Part shown: positions 1 through 12,928 of the stretch, in pieces
Layout of the letters: every line of letters begins with the position of its first letter
Position numbering within the stretch: position 1 is the first letter of the stretch
Source: Anolis carolinensis
Taxonomy: Eukaryota
DNA length: 64,000 bases
Direction: 5' to 3'
Assembly (NCBI RefSeq): GCF_035594765.1
Contig: NC_085841.1
Coordinates: forward strand, 227,075,326-227,139,325
Notes under the pieces: model-generated
What the model saw: only the letters and a program-made list of their open reading frames with translations
What the model was told of the DNA's origin: nothing
Database searches by the model: none
Translations under genes and position numbers: made by a program

Positions 1-39
1 TTCCTTTGCTCAGCCTTCCTTATCATCCTTATGGACATT

Positions 40-570
40 CAGAGCCGTCCTTAGGTAATTTTCAGGAGTAGGCAAACAGAATTTTGCCCCCCCCTGCAGT
101 GCGGGAGGTGGGGCCGCATGGCACGGGAGGCAGGGCCTAGGTCTAGGTCCCTGGCCGCCTTTGCTCCCTCCCCTCCCTCCCTCCTCGCCCCCTCACCTGC
201 TTCCCAGGAGGCGGAACCACGGTGAGGCCCCACATGTGAGGAGTTGGCTTCTTCCTCTTGGGAATGCTTTCTATTCCCTTCCCTGTGCACAGAGGAGGTT
301 CTACCTTGCAGAAGCCGGCTGCGTCTCACGCCCAGAGGCTCGGGGAGGGTGCGCAGTTCGCACAAAGCTCCAGAGTCCCACCACATCTGCTCTCGCCAGG
401 CCGTGCGGGCCACATGGCAGTAAGGCCCAGGCCGTGGAGAGAAAGCCCGTCCCAAAGGTGAAGGAGGTGGGGGAGGGGTGGCGCCACCCTCCCGGGGGCC
501 TCGATGGTGCCCCTGGGACGATGGTGCCACAGGCAAATGCCTAGATTGCCTGGTGGTTGGACCGCCTCTG
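40..570. mobile_element. Non-autonomous hAT-type element (MITE) with GC-rich interior
   Basis: Imperfect TIRs CAGAGCCGTCC / GGACCGCCTCTG; 8-bp TSD TGGACATT (32-39) / TGGATATT (571-578); both ends match the element at 48509-48791 in opposite orientation. Confidence 0.8.
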
Positions 571-1193
571 TGGATATTGGTTGAAGCAGCAGAAAAATCT
601 AGTAAATCTGCACAGGTGACTGGGGCCCATACCTTTCTGAGAGACCCACTGTATTTTGTGAAATGTAACTCTTAACCCTCTTTACAGATCTGATGAAAAA
701 ATCAGGAATGGGAAATCTTTCACTTCCTCCACTTTAATTTTTTTAAAAAAAATTCCATGTGAAAACATTATCACAGTTTTTCTTTTAGTCTGCTAAATTT
801 TGCAAATTCTTTTCAGAACCAACCTAGAGCAATCTTTCCATCCATCAGCACTGCACCAGATGCAGCTATTCCCTACATTAAATGTACCATGTTTTTCAGC
901 CTGCCATGTACAGTGTTTGAGAAGTGCCAATTTTAACAATAAACTACAAAATTCAAAACCAGATTTGTAACCATCAAGTATTAGAGCTCCCTCAGCCAAA
1001 ATATTGCCTTTTTGGTGTTAACTTCCCCGGATGCCATGTCAGTACATGCAGGAATGGGAGAAATTATGATCACTTTGCATCCTATGCTGTTCTGCCCTTG
1101 TGATTTTCTTGGCCACTGTGTTTCCTACCTTCCTGCTTGTTCTGAGCATGGCTGTTGGTGGAATTCTGATGGCTCTTGTTTTATGCCTAAACA

Positions 1194-1325
1194 NNNNNNN
1201 NNNNNNNNNNNNNNNNNNNNNNNNNNNNNNNNNNNNNNNNNNNNNNNNNNNNNNNNNNNNNNNNNNNNNNNNNNNNNNNNNNNNNNNNNNNNNNNNNNNN
1301 NNNNNNNNNNNNNNNNNNNNNNNNN
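1194..1325. other. Assembly gap
   Basis: Run of N. Confidence 1.
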
Positions 1326-2099
1326 TCATCTCATAAGCACGTAACTGTCTTTCTCTCCAATTGGAGACATGCATCTCATGCATCTATAAATATGCCCCAA
1401 ACAGCTTTTTATCCCTGTGGTGATATAAACATCTTGGAAAGATCATCGGGACTGCGTGCAAGTCTTCTGAAACCAAAAGTATTACATAGTGGTGTCTCTA
1501 CTTCTGTTTGCGATGCACTTCCCTTTTGTTTTGAATAGCAGGGGCATAGCAAAATACCTTTTCCCAAGTGGGAAACTTTATTATAAAAGCAGAAAGGTTG
1601 TTATGGTCTTAAGATGGTTTACTGGTGGTTACAATCTGCAGACCAACTCAGTGTTCAAATTCCAGACTATGTTTTTCTTAGGGCTTTTCCAGATGCTGCT
1701 CCTTACCCAGAGAAAAGCAAAACCATATCCTGAGTTTGCTTAGAAAAGACTGCCCAGCACACATTTCCACTGTCAAATGATTTTGGAATCAGCAAGAATG
1801 ACTGATACGTGCCTTCTCAGTATGGAATGTGGTTTCTTTTTCATCTTGGTCATCTATTGCATGGTGTGAGCAATATTACCATGTTGTACAGAGGACCTGG
1901 AGAAAAGACTGCATCTCCAAAAATTCCCAGTTAGCATAGACACTGGTTATACTTATTTTGAGATCCTGGAAGCTTTAGGACAAAAGTTACTTTTTAAGGC
2001 TCTGACATTGTGTCACATGCCCTTCTCCTATCTTCCTTCACCATCACCATTTTCAGTGTCTCATCACTAAATACAAATTTAACCTTTAAAAAAAACCCT

Positions 2100-2416
2100 A
2101 AGGTAAATGTAATGGTTTTCCCTTAACATTAAGTCTAGTTGTGTCTGACTCTGAGGGTTGGTGCTCATCTCTATTTCTAAGCCAAAGAGCAGGCATTGTC
2201 TGTGGGCACCTCCAAGGTCATGTGGCCGGCATGACTCCAAGGAGCACCGTTACCTTCCCCCTGCGGCGATACCTATTGATCTACTCACATTTGCATGTTT
2301 TCAGATTGCTAGGTTGGCAGAAGCTGGGACTAACAGAGGGAGCTCTCCAGATTCGAACTGCTGACCTTTCGGTCAGCAAGTTCAGCAGCTCAACAGTTTA
2401 ACCCTCTGTGTCACCT
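2100..2416 (-). mobile_element. Sauria SINE
   Basis: Reverse complement of the copies at 9541 and 28275; (ACCTTT)-type tail at 2100 and tRNA-like head at 2350-2416. Confidence 0.85.
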
Positions 2417-2437
2417 CACCCATTCAGATGTATATAT

Positions 2438-2887
2438 TAGGGCTGTGTAAAATTATCATTAGTCCCACAATTTGTTATTAATTTGTTAGATTCGTGCAAA
2501 CGAATCGCTACTAAGAAACATGCAAAAAGGGGGGGAGAAAAATGTAAGAATTGGAACACTCAGCAATAATTTTTCTTAAGATTCTGTAACATTCAAAGCC
2601 TCCTAAAGCCAGCTTAATTTTAAGTACAAGCATTAAGCAACTATGGTAAAGCCAAAGAGGCCATTGCTAGATCTAGACTACTTGCCAGTCACCATAAGAA
2701 AGGTCATCTAGCTGGGCTGGGTGGGAGACTGAGGACACAGCATTCTGGGAAATGTAGTTTAGGAAAATGAGATCACCTGTGGCTGAGAATGCAAAAGGCT
2801 CTGCCCTAAACTTCATTTCCCAGAATGCAGTGCTCAACATCAGAAAGCCCAAGGCGGATTGTAACAAACAGCCATTTAGAATCAATC

Positions 2888-2927
<40 letters not shown>

Positions 2928-3528
2928 AATAAATAAAATGATTGAATCTGCAAGAGGATTAAAGTAAGTAATAGAATAAATCTATGCTAAGTTGAAGTTC
3001 TATGGTTACTTGTGTGTCATATACACACATTGTTAGACAGACATTCAAAGGGATTGCTGTTGTGGCTTTTTGGGGGAGAAATGTTTCTGTCTACAATTTT
3101 TAAAATCCCCAAAAATCAGTAGATGTGTGAATCTTTCTGTTGATTGTGAAGATTGATGCCCTGAGTATTTTGTGTATTGTATATAAAATTCAAGTAGATA
3201 GCTCTTGTAGTTTTTGAAAAAGACATATTGTTTATAAAAACTTCAAAATTATTCAAAAATTAGTGGATTGGTTCTGATAGTTGGTGGGCTAACAGTGGAA
3301 ACTGTGTGGCACAATTATAGCGAGTTTCAACAGAATAGCTCTAAAATGAGGGGAAAATGAGCCCATAAAGTTTACCCACTTAATGAAAAAAAAATGAAAA
3401 ATTTGTTACTTCATAATAGCTTTAAAAAAAGGTCCATAATTTCAGAAACATCCTCAAAAATGATTCACCCTTCTCCCCAATTTTGTAATGAGTATTGAAA
3501 CATTTTTTTCATTGATCACACAGCCAAT
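2438..3528. mobile_element. Non-autonomous hAT (TAGGG-end group)
   Basis: Ends TAGGGCTGTG / CACAGCCAAT; degenerate 8-bp TSD GTATATAT / GTATCTCT; interior 2880-3400 aligns with 9180-9990; internal (TAA)n. Confidence 0.65.
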
Positions 3529-3765
3529 GTATCTCTGTGTGTGTATGTGTGTGTGTGTGTATAGGCTGTGCGATCAATGAAAAAAAATGCTGATTATTTC
3601 TATATTATCAAGGCATGTCCAAGACATTTAGTTGCTGGCTTCAGAGCAGCAAATGGAGCCCCTTCACAACACCAAGTCAGGATGTATAATATCCAGCAAG
3701 ATATTTTAACACTTGAGGCAAAAAATCTCATAACTACTTATCCCAGTAAAAATACAATCACAATA

Positions 3766-4102
3766 CAATGTTCCCTCACTTATCACTGGGGTTAGGTTCC
3801 ACCCGCAATAAGTAAAAATCCGTGAAGTAGGGATGCTATATTTATTTTAATATTTATACACTATTTTAGTAGTTATACACTATTTTAAGTCTTTATCAAC
3901 CAATCGTGTGTTGATAAATCGCTTCCTTCTCCTCCTGTTGCCGCTTGGGCTCCTTTTCTCTCCCTTCGGCTTCTCCTCCCTCCCTTCCTTAGGCTGTAAA
4001 TTGTAATTTTTTATGATTTATAATAGTCTTTTAGAGTTTATTGAAAAACCGTGAAACAGCGCATCCGCGAAAAGTGAACCGCAAAGTAGTGAGGGAACAC
4101 TG
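3766..4102. mobile_element. Tc1/mariner-superfamily (Tigger/pogo-like) MITE
   Basis: TIRs CAATGTTCCCTCACT / AGTGAGGGAACACTG; TA on both sides. Confidence 0.85.
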
Positions 4103-4113
4103 TATATTAAATA

Positions 4114-4739
4114 CTGTATATACTCATGTATAAGCTGACCTCATGTATAAGTCAAAGACAGGTCTTGGGTACAAAATTACTGATTTTTATGTGATTCATA
4201 GGTAAGCTGAGGGAGCGAGCCATTTTTCTGCATTCCAAAAGGTCAGATGTAGTGACATGGCAAGGGGAATAGGTGGGATCAGTGCTTCTTTTGTGTTTCC
4301 TAGGTCAAACTGAGCTCTTGCTTAAGAGTTAGTGTATAGTACACATGTTGACCCACTGATAAGTCAACCCTTTTTTTTGGGATTATTGGTTGACTTAAAC
4401 ATGAGTACAGTAGAGTCTCACTAATCCAAGCCTCGCTTATCCAAGCCTCTGGATAATCCAAGCCATTTTTGTAGTCAATGTTTCCAATATATCGTGATAT
4501 TTTGGTGCTAAATTCATAAATACAGTAATTACAACATAACTTTACTGTGTATTGAACTACTTTTTCTGTCAAATTTGTTGTATAACATGAAGTTTTGGTG
4601 CTTAATTTGTAAAATCATAACCTAATTTGATGTTTAATAGGCTTTTCCTTGATCAGTCCTTATAATCACAGATATTCGCTTATCCAAGCTTCTGCCGGCC
4701 CGTTTAGCTTGGATTAGTGAGACTCTACTGTATATCCAG
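4114..4739. mobile_element. Tc1/mariner-superfamily MITE, right TIR interrupted by a second MITE
   Basis: Left TIR CTGTATATACTCATGTATAAG; right TIR reconstructs as CTTAAACATGAGTA|TATCCAG once 4408-4732 is removed; TA flanks. Confidence 0.7.
4408..4730. mobile_element. Tc1/mariner-superfamily (Tigger-like) MITE
   Basis: Perfect TIR CAGTAGAGTCTCACTAATCCAAGC; TA TSD; same family as 10131-10453. Confidence 0.9.
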
Positions 4740-5693
4740 TAAATATAACAATTGACTGCTCTTCCTTAACATTCCATATCTACTGCCTAATGGCAGGGCC
4801 AGCCCTATCTTATCGTTTTAAAAAGCCCCTTACATTTCCTAGCAAGAAAATTTGGTATGCTTCCCTGCTATTATACTGATGAAATAATCAGTACTACTGT
4901 AGTAATATTTGAGGGGGGGGGGGGAGAGAAATTTCCTACACTCCCTTCTCCAGAAAGTGTCTTAGCAAAGATCAGTGTTTCCCATCAATGACCGCAATGC
5001 AGAGAAAAGTATGTGCATTCAACCCAGCTCCACATTATCTTATAGTCTCCTTCTCTTCTTGCTGCACTGATCAGTTTGCCACCAGAGGGTTTCCTGCTGT
5101 GGTTGACCTTTTCCTGCACTTCTGAACAATGCTTATATCCCCAGGGACAATGTTTGGCAGAGGGCTGTACTGGCAAAGTACCAACATTTAGTCACCTTTC
5201 TGCCTGAGTGAGCTTGTCAGTTCTACATTACAATGAATTGAACCTGGAAGGTAGTTCTCAATGTTGTGAGTTCCTTACCTTTATGTTCTCAATCACACAC
5301 CTTGATTCTTTGCCACGAGATAGTTACGCGACCAGGCTGCTGTCTTTTGCGTGTTTCTGTGCTTCCTTCCAGGGTTGTGACAACTTCTTCTTAAGACTCG
5401 ATCCAGCAGGCATTAATTTCTTCCTTAAGAGGAAAATATGACCCATTTCTTTTCAGGAGAGCAGAAGGCTCCTTAAGTGGACGGAATAAAAGATGAGGAT
5501 TTACCACTAATCTTTCTCTTACGGGCCTTTTTTGATTGACATTGCATGAGATCAAATGACAAAACAAAAGAAGCACATGCTGAATTTCAGTCCAAGACCT
5601 TAGAATTAGTCAACCATAGGAAACAAACAGACTGGATAGTTTGTTTCATTTCAATTTGTAAATTAGGTTTGTTAAGAATTAGAATACAGCAAG

Positions 5694-5940
5694 GGAGAGC
5701 TAATGTAGTAGAGTAGTTTCAGTGTTGGACTAGGACTCTGGAAGTCTAGGGTTCAAACCCCAATGAGCCACAGAAACCTATGGGGTGTAAGATACAGGTC
5801 ATATTCTCTCACCTGTAAAGGAAGGCAGTGACAAGTCTCCTTTAAACAAAAATTTGCCAAGAAAAGTCTGTGATAGGTTCACCTTAGGGTTGCCATAACT
5901 GAGAAACAATGTGAAAGCATACAACCACTACCACAACAAG
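5694..5940 (+). mobile_element. tRNA-derived CORE-type SINE (old)
   Basis: A-box/B-box-like head (GGTTCAAACCC at about 5750); (CAA)-like tail; body matches 19503-19630. Confidence 0.6.
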
Positions 5941-6139
5941 GAACACTATCACTTTAACAGCAGTTAGGAAAAAAGTTGGCTTATTTAGTTATTTGTTTAT
6001 ATCCTGCTTTATCTCTCCCGAAGGAGACTCAAAGCAGCTCACCTGATACTTCACCTTAATTTATAATACTTCCAAACAGTCAACTTAATGCTGCATTTAC
6101 CAACTGGCACCTGTCTCAGCACTCAATGGAAAAAGGCTG

Positions 6140-6365
6140 TGGTTTGGCTTTAATTATTGTTTGTTTTATGAATTATAGTTAGTTTTAATTGTACTGTAGT
6201 TTTATATGATGTTTTAAATTTTTGTATTTATGATTTATATTTATGTCGAGTTTTTGTATTGTCTTAGATTCGTGTGGCATCGAATTACTGCTGAGCATTA
6301 GTCGTTCTGAGTCCCTCAAAGAGGAAGAGAGTGCAGGGTATAAAAAAGGAAGTAAATAAATAAAT
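6140..6365 (+). mobile_element. L2-type 3' tail
   Basis: T-rich tract, GTCGTTCTGAGTCCC stem-loop region, (TAAA)n end; resembles 23598-23645. Confidence 0.5.
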
Positions 6366-6435
6366 TGGGCTATGTGCTTTTAGCTTGCCTCCATTTTCAT
6401 TAGGAGACATTGCATTTAGGTACACTCAAGCCTGA

Positions 6436-6594
6436 GGCTGGATTTATACAGCCATATAATGCAGTTTGAGTTGCATTATAGAGTCAATGTAGACCCATGT
6501 AATGCAGTTCAGTGCAGTTCAAACTGCATTATATGGGTCTGCATTGACCATATAAGGGAGTCAAACTGCATTATATGGCAGTGGGGATCCAGCC
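6436..6594. mobile_element. Palindromic PIF/Harbinger-type MITE
   Basis: GGCTGGAT...ATCCAGCC long inverted repeat; TGA/TCA flanks. Confidence 0.65.
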
Positions 6595-7552
6595 TCAGCC
6601 ATTCTTGTCTATAAAAGAGCCTGTGACTGAAAAAGTTTGCTGAGGCTTGTAAGAAAAAAAAGACAAGGACTCCAAAGTTTAAAACAATGTGAAAAGTAAA
6701 CACGTGAAAATGGTAACAATGCAAATAATTTGCAGAAGAGTTTAAAGTCAATGTAATATCTCCTGTCTTAGGCAAGAATCACCCTCACAATTCATACACA
6801 AAAACACAGTATTTGAAGCTAGTAATCACACTGACAAACAGAAGACTGAAGAAAACCTTAGAATCAAGCTTGTGTTTGCATGTTAACAGCCAAACAGCTG
6901 GTTTAAATTTTAAATTTTGTATTTTTATTAGAACACTGACTCTTGTTTATCGTTATTGATTTTATTGGGTTATTATTGACTCACTGCACCCTGTGGGCCT
7001 ATTAGTGCAAAGCTAGTAAAGCATTAAAGGAAAACGTAGGCTTTTCAGTTCCTTGTGCTTACAGTGCTTGCTTTTTATCCCTGACTTTTTAAAGCAGTTG
7101 CTAATATGGAACAGTTTCACCGTAATACCCAAGGTCCAGCTATCATTTACTACTGAACAAATTACATTGTGCAGAGTATTTGGGAGGAAAGCATTCTGGC
7201 TCAGTTTATTCTTTATCATTCCTTGACATATTCAGGCAGAATTCATAGATGGGTCTATATCACATGCCTCCCTTGCCCGGGGGGGGGGGGGGGGGAGGGG
7301 ATCTGGATCTTAAAGAACTATAGGATACCTAGCAATCTGACAAGTGAAGCTTTTTCTTGAAATTGGGTGGAAAAAGCAGCTGATATAACCTTTAAAGGAG
7401 GTAATTAGACAAGGATGAAGAAATAGATTTATCACATCTATGTAAAATGACAATTAAACTAACAGTATTGTCTTGTAATTCAGTTGCATACAAGTTGATT
7501 TTTTAAATGAAAATAAATATGCCCTTCATCCTAGAAAACCTGAAAAATCTAA

Positions 7553-7722
7553 GGACTCTTCCACACAGCCCTATATCCCAGAATATCAAGGCAGACAATC
7601 CCACATTATCTGCTTTGAACTGGAATATATGGAAGTGTGGACTCAGATAACCCAATTCAAAGCACATATTGTGGGATTTTCTGCCTTGATATTTTAAGGT
7701 ATTGGGCTGTGTGGAAGGGCCC
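7553..7722. mobile_element. Palindromic PIF/Harbinger-type MITE
   Basis: GGACTCTTCCACACAGCCC / GGGCTGTGTGGAAGGGCCC; TAA TSD on both sides. Confidence 0.8.
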
Positions 7723-8978
7723 TAAGATTGAAAAAAGGGGGAAAGTCCCCACATGTTGATCCATCAGCTCTTGAATTCCTCCTTCATGTTGTAAGGGCTC
7801 ATATACATACAGGTTACCCATGATGGTAGCAATCTATTGCATGAAATTTCCCCATCCACTTGAAATGAGGAAGAACTAGAAGCTCCAACCCAATGGCAAG
7901 CTCCTACAAAAGAAGGGGGGTTTCAAATATCAAGCAGGTGATGGCCAGCCCAAGACTCTTTTTTTGTTCTCGAGGAGAAGAACACAACTTACCATGTCAC
8001 ATACATGTAGTCCTTCAACAGCAGCAATGAAACTGGCAGTTGACTATTATTTTAATTTATCCCCCATACAAACTAATAGTGGACTGACATGCTGATAATA
8101 TCATGTATTCATTTGCTTTATTAATATCCCAACTTCCCTGCAGTAAGCTCAGGTCAATGTAGATTGTTCTCTTCCCTTTATCAGAAAATAACTCTCAGGC
8201 AAGTGCAGCTGAGAAAGAGTGAGGGCCCTTCCACACAAGGCCAAATCCCAGGAGAAATTGGGATATTTAATCTCAGTTCCTTTTGGATTTTCTTCCCCCT
8301 CCCCCAACCTCCCAATGCACCATATCAGCTAGATACTCTAGGCTTTGTCGTAGTACAATCCATATTTAAAAATGATATTTTAACAGCTGTTTTGGAAAAA
8401 GGGTGCAAACAGGTGCTGTTAAAAAACCATAAAGTATATTATATGAATCCATCAATATTATCCATGCAAAGGCTGTATTAGAGAAAGACCATTGTTCTGT
8501 ATACAGCAAAGGTGTGCAAATGAATCGGAAGTGTTCATCATCCAGAAGTAAATCATATGTTTTATACTTACCATGTGTATTCCAATGCACACACATGGTG
8601 CACGCCAAACATTAAGAAATTGAACCTATTCATTGCTTCAATTCTTAAGGTACAATTTCTTCATAAGTTGCTGTGACACAGTTAAAATTCACACAACTTT
8701 GGTAAAGCAAAGAGAATATAACGTGCTTAAAAACCAATTCTTTTACCTTGGAATTTTGCCCCATCGTTGCCATAAGGAAAATGCTGTGAGCATGACTAAA
8801 CTTAATGGAGATTGAGAACACAGCCATCTTAAATGTAGTTTTGGAAAGTGAGGACTCCAATGGCAGGTAATGCAAAAGGCCCTGCCGTAAACTATATTTC
8901 CCAGAATGCAATTCTGCTGAGGACCCAAATGAGGGCTGAAAGATCCAAATGATATCTGGCTGCAGCAGTCTCCATTTA

Positions 8979-9022
<44 letters not shown>

Positions 9023-9540
9023 CATAAAATTATTGAATCTGCAAAGATGACTAAAGTAAGCAAGTATTAAGGAAGTTTGGCAAAGACAAGAGAACATAAA
9101 GTGCTTTCAAAATCATTCCTTTTACTTTGGACTGTCACCATAAGGAAAGCACTGTGGGGGCAGCCAGCCAGCCGTTTAGAGTCACTAATAATAAATGAAA
9201 TGATTGAATCTGCAAAGAGGACTAAAGTAATAGTATAAATCTCTGCTAAGTTGAAATTCTGTGGTTGTGTGTCATAAAGACAGACATTCATTCAGGGGGA
9301 TTGCTGTGGTCGCTTTTGGGAGGATAAATTGTTTTAGTCTAAAATTTTAAAATCCCCAAAAATCTGCAGATGTGTGAATTTTTCTGAAACTTCTGGTGAT
9401 TGATGCCCTGGTTATCTTTTGCATTGTATATAAAATTCAAGTAGATAGCCCTTGTAGTTTTTTTAAAAAATGTTGTTTATAAAAAAATTAAAATTTGCCA
9501 AAAAGCCGTGGATAAATGAACCATTATGAACCATTACTGA

Positions 9541-9868
9541 CCCCCGGTGGTGCAGTGGGTTAAACCACTGAGTTGCTGAACTTGCTGACCGAAAGGTTGG
9601 TGGTTCGAATCTGGGGAGCAGGGTGAGCTCCCACTATTAGCCCCATCTTCTGTCAACCTAACAGTTGAAAAACATGCAAATGTGAGTAGATCAATAGGTA
9701 CCGCTTCTGCGGGAAGGTAACAGCACTCCATGCAGTCATGCTGGTCACATGATCTAGGGGGTATCTACAGATACTGCCAGCTCCTTGGGTTAGAAATGGA
9801 GATGAGCACCAACCGCCAGAGTCGGACACAACTAGACTTAATGTCAGGAGAAACCTTTACCTTTACCT
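9541..9868 (+). mobile_element. Sauria SINE, near full length
   Basis: GGTGGTGCAGTGGG A-box, GGTTCGAATC B-box, (ACCTTT)n tail. Confidence 0.9.
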
Positions 9869-10130
9869 ATGAAACTTGATGGGCAAAGAGTGGTAAATGC
9901 ATACTAACACTGTAGCAAATTTCACCCCAATTGCTTTAAAAATGAGGGAGATAGGAGTCTCTGAAGTTTTCCCACTCACAGTGATGTTTTCCTTATTGCT
10001 CATGCATAGTTGCCATTAACGAAGTAATTATAAAATTTCGTTAGTCTTGATAGAGTTCTAAAATTTTCGCCACTTAAAGATTAGAAACACTTTAGAAATG
10101 AAGCACCAGTGCCCTCTAATTTTGTAAGTA

Positions 10131-10453
10131 CAGTAGAGTATCACTTATCCAACACTCGCTTATCCAACGTTCTGGATTATCCAACGCATTTTTGTAGTCA
10201 ATGTTTTCAATACGACGTGATATTTTGGTGCTAAATTCGTAAATACAGTAATTACTACATAGCATTACTGCATATTGAACTACTTTTTCTGTCAAATTTG
10301 TTGTATAACATGATGTTTTGGTGCTTAATTTGTAAAATCATAACCTAATTTGATGTTTAATAGGCTTTTCCTTAATCTCTCCTTATTATCCAACATATTC
10401 GCTTATCCAACTTTCTGCCGGCCCGTTTACGTTGGATAAGCGAGAATCTACTG
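10131..10453. mobile_element. Tc1/mariner-superfamily (Tigger-like) MITE
   Basis: TIR CAGTAGA.T.TC.CTTATCCAAC; TA TSD; close paralogue of 4408-4730. Confidence 0.9.
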
Positions 10454-10510
10454 TACTTTAGAAGCATTTTTATGGATCGCATATTCCTAGTATATAGTAT
10501 TGATGTCTGA

Positions 10511-10733
10511 GGTTACACCTAAACTGTAGAATTAATTTAATTTGACACCACCTTAGTAGTCATGGCTCAATGCTATGGAATCATGGGAACTGTAGTTTTA
10601 CAAGGTATTTAGCCTTCTCTGCCAAAGAGTACTGGTTCCTCACTGAACTATAACACCCAATATTCCTTAGCATTGAGTCATGGCTATTAAAGTGGTATCA
10701 AACCAAATTAATTCTACAGTGTCAATCCAGCCT
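10511..10733. mobile_element. Palindromic Harbinger-type MITE
   Basis: Arms ACTGTAGAATTAATTT...CATGGCTCAATGCTA and TAGCATTGAGTCATG...AAATTAATTCTACAGT; TGA/TTA flanks; a half copy sits at about 62375-62437. Confidence 0.65.
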
Positions 10734-12928
10734 TAGTTTTCTCAGAAAACCAATATCTTATTCATAATCAATCAAATTCAGCAAAATAGAAAATCAGAGA
10801 AGATATTCATCATCCCCATACAACAACAACCTGCAATTTAACTTTTCCTGAATAGTAAATAATACCATATATTCATCACTACAATAAACTAGAGAGTGCA
10901 GAAATAGATACAATTACATGAGCTAACTTGCTGATAAACTATAATAGTGCTTTGTGCGTGTCTGTTCAAATTGGTGATGTTTACACAAAAACCTTATTAC
11001 ACCAGATTGTACATAAAGACATCTTTGGGGTAGGCGGGGTGAGAGAGAACTTTTGCAAGTTACTAGTTGGGGGGGGGGATGCTGAACAGTTCAAAACCAT
11101 ACACAACTGCAATCCCATACATGTTTACCCAGGGATCTGCCTCCTTTAAATCAATAGGAGTTATTTCCAAGGAGATATACTGTTATGCTTTCAGAAAACT
11201 GCTATAAGAAAGAAAGAGATGCCATTTAAAAAGCTTTTCTGACAGGTTGGGTAACATACTACTCATCAGACACAAAGAAGACAGTAGTTATTTACAAGGC
11301 AGGTTGGTGATTTCATTCAACTAGTAAAGCAGATCTTTACTTGTCTCACTCTCCTATGTGAGAAAAAAAAGACTACCACAGTGTTCTCTGTGCCTGTTTG
11401 ACAGAAGAAAAAAATTATGTTCGTCTCAACTGAACTTTCTCAATTGCGAGGATATTTTTGTGTTGCTGAAATGTAGTAATTACGGCAATGTTATATGGAC
11501 TTTGAAGAATAAGAAGTCACCAGCTGCTTCTAGTTGATGGCTACTGAAACCTCTGTGAGAAAGTTCTGTGTAAAGCATGGAACCTATAGCCACTGGACAT
11601 CTTATTTATGCAACGGTGCATGCAAAATGAGCTTGCTGTGATGGTGGATATTTCTTGCACCATAGCTTGACAAGAAAAAAAAATCTCAGCGAAAACTGTA
11701 TCAAAGCTCTCCTAATATTTGCAAAATAGCCTGCAAAATACATGAAGTTCAGTGCCTTTATTTTGCTTCCCACCACAACCCACATCTTCCAAATTCCCTC
11801 AGCCTGATGTTGACCATATTTTGCAGGCTTGTTCCCTTCCATTTCTTTTACAGTGGAACTTGAAGTATGAGAATGTCAAATTATGAATCAACTGGCTGTG
11901 TGTATGCCCCCACATAGTCTCCAAGACAGCTGGTGGTAGCCAGATCACACTTGGCTTAGTTGAGGCCAGGAAAAATATTTCTTCAACCTTGGAGGAGGAT
12001 TCTGACAAGAGGTTGGCATGGATAAAACGGTTGGTTGGTAGGAATTATCTGAGTGAATTCAGACCTGTGGACAGCCTGCAATTTATAATTACCTAGAATG
12101 GCAGTTGTTTTTATTATTTGCTGTTGTTTTCCTCTTCTTTCCTCCAATTTCTTGGTACTATTAGTTTGTCTCTTCTTTCTTTTTCTCCAGATCCTTGACT
12201 TTTTCATCTGTCATCCTTACTCTTGTTCTCCTTACCCTCCCTCATTCTGTCCCCTTGATATTTTTCTTCTGCTCACTCCTCTCTAATCCTCCTCTCTGCC
12301 AGCTTTAACAGCCCATGATTTCAATTGGAAAAATCTGCCGCCAGTATCCCTCCTCCGCAAGCATTAATGGCCATACTCTCACAGGCCTGCCCTGCCCTTC
12401 TCTCCCGTCATCTAATTTGAGACACTGAGGGGGCAGAGAAAACAGATGGTTGGCATCTATGATGATGATGATGAAGATGATGATTCACTCCTTGAAATCC
12501 TGGTGAAACATATCTGAAATCAGTGAGAAAGGAGCAGGTCTGACATTTGACAGAGACATGTGAAAAACCAAGAAGTTCTAAGCAAAGGTCAGCCTCATCC
12601 GCTTGTTATTTTCCAGATGTACTGATCATAGGCAATTAATTTGACACCTATATTGAGAATGCACCTCTCTTCCCAACATACCAAATTTCATTTGTACAAA
12701 AGATAAAACTCAGTTTAGGAGGTGGGAGGCAAAGCTATTTAAAAAAAAGCAGAAATTATCCCCAACCCTGTTTACGCGGGATTATAACCTCATAGTCATG
12801 TTGACATAATTATTAAAGGAGTTATTGTACAAAACTTAAGGAGGTTTCTATATGAGCACTGTGGCAGAAGGTTCAAGGACTGACTCCTTAGCTCTAATCT
12901 GTCTTTTCAGTTATTTCTATTCTGTCCT

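Larger units (their letters stand above)
8507..10489. mobile_element. Non-autonomous hAT (TAGGG-end group) with nested Sauria SINE and Tigger-like MITE
   Basis: 8-bp TSD GTATACAG (8499-8506) / GTATATAG (10490-10497); degenerate TIRs; interior homologous to 2438-3528. Confidence 0.65.

Noticed and set aside
51-544. GC-rich ORFs and an apparent CpG-island promoter
   Set aside because: They lie wholly inside a TIR/TSD-bounded hAT element and encode no recognisable protein
1012-1383. ORFs spanning N runs (also 35460, 54366)
   Set aside because: Artefacts of assembly gaps
5279-5472. Possible minus-strand exon ending AAAG|GTAAGG
   Set aside because: Stops in all three frames and a weak acceptor; a non-coding exon cannot be supported from sequence alone
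8645-9097. ORFs with poly-Tyr/Ile/Asn/Ser runs (also 23489, 23549, 28687, 42117)
   Set aside because: Translations of trinucleotide microsatellites
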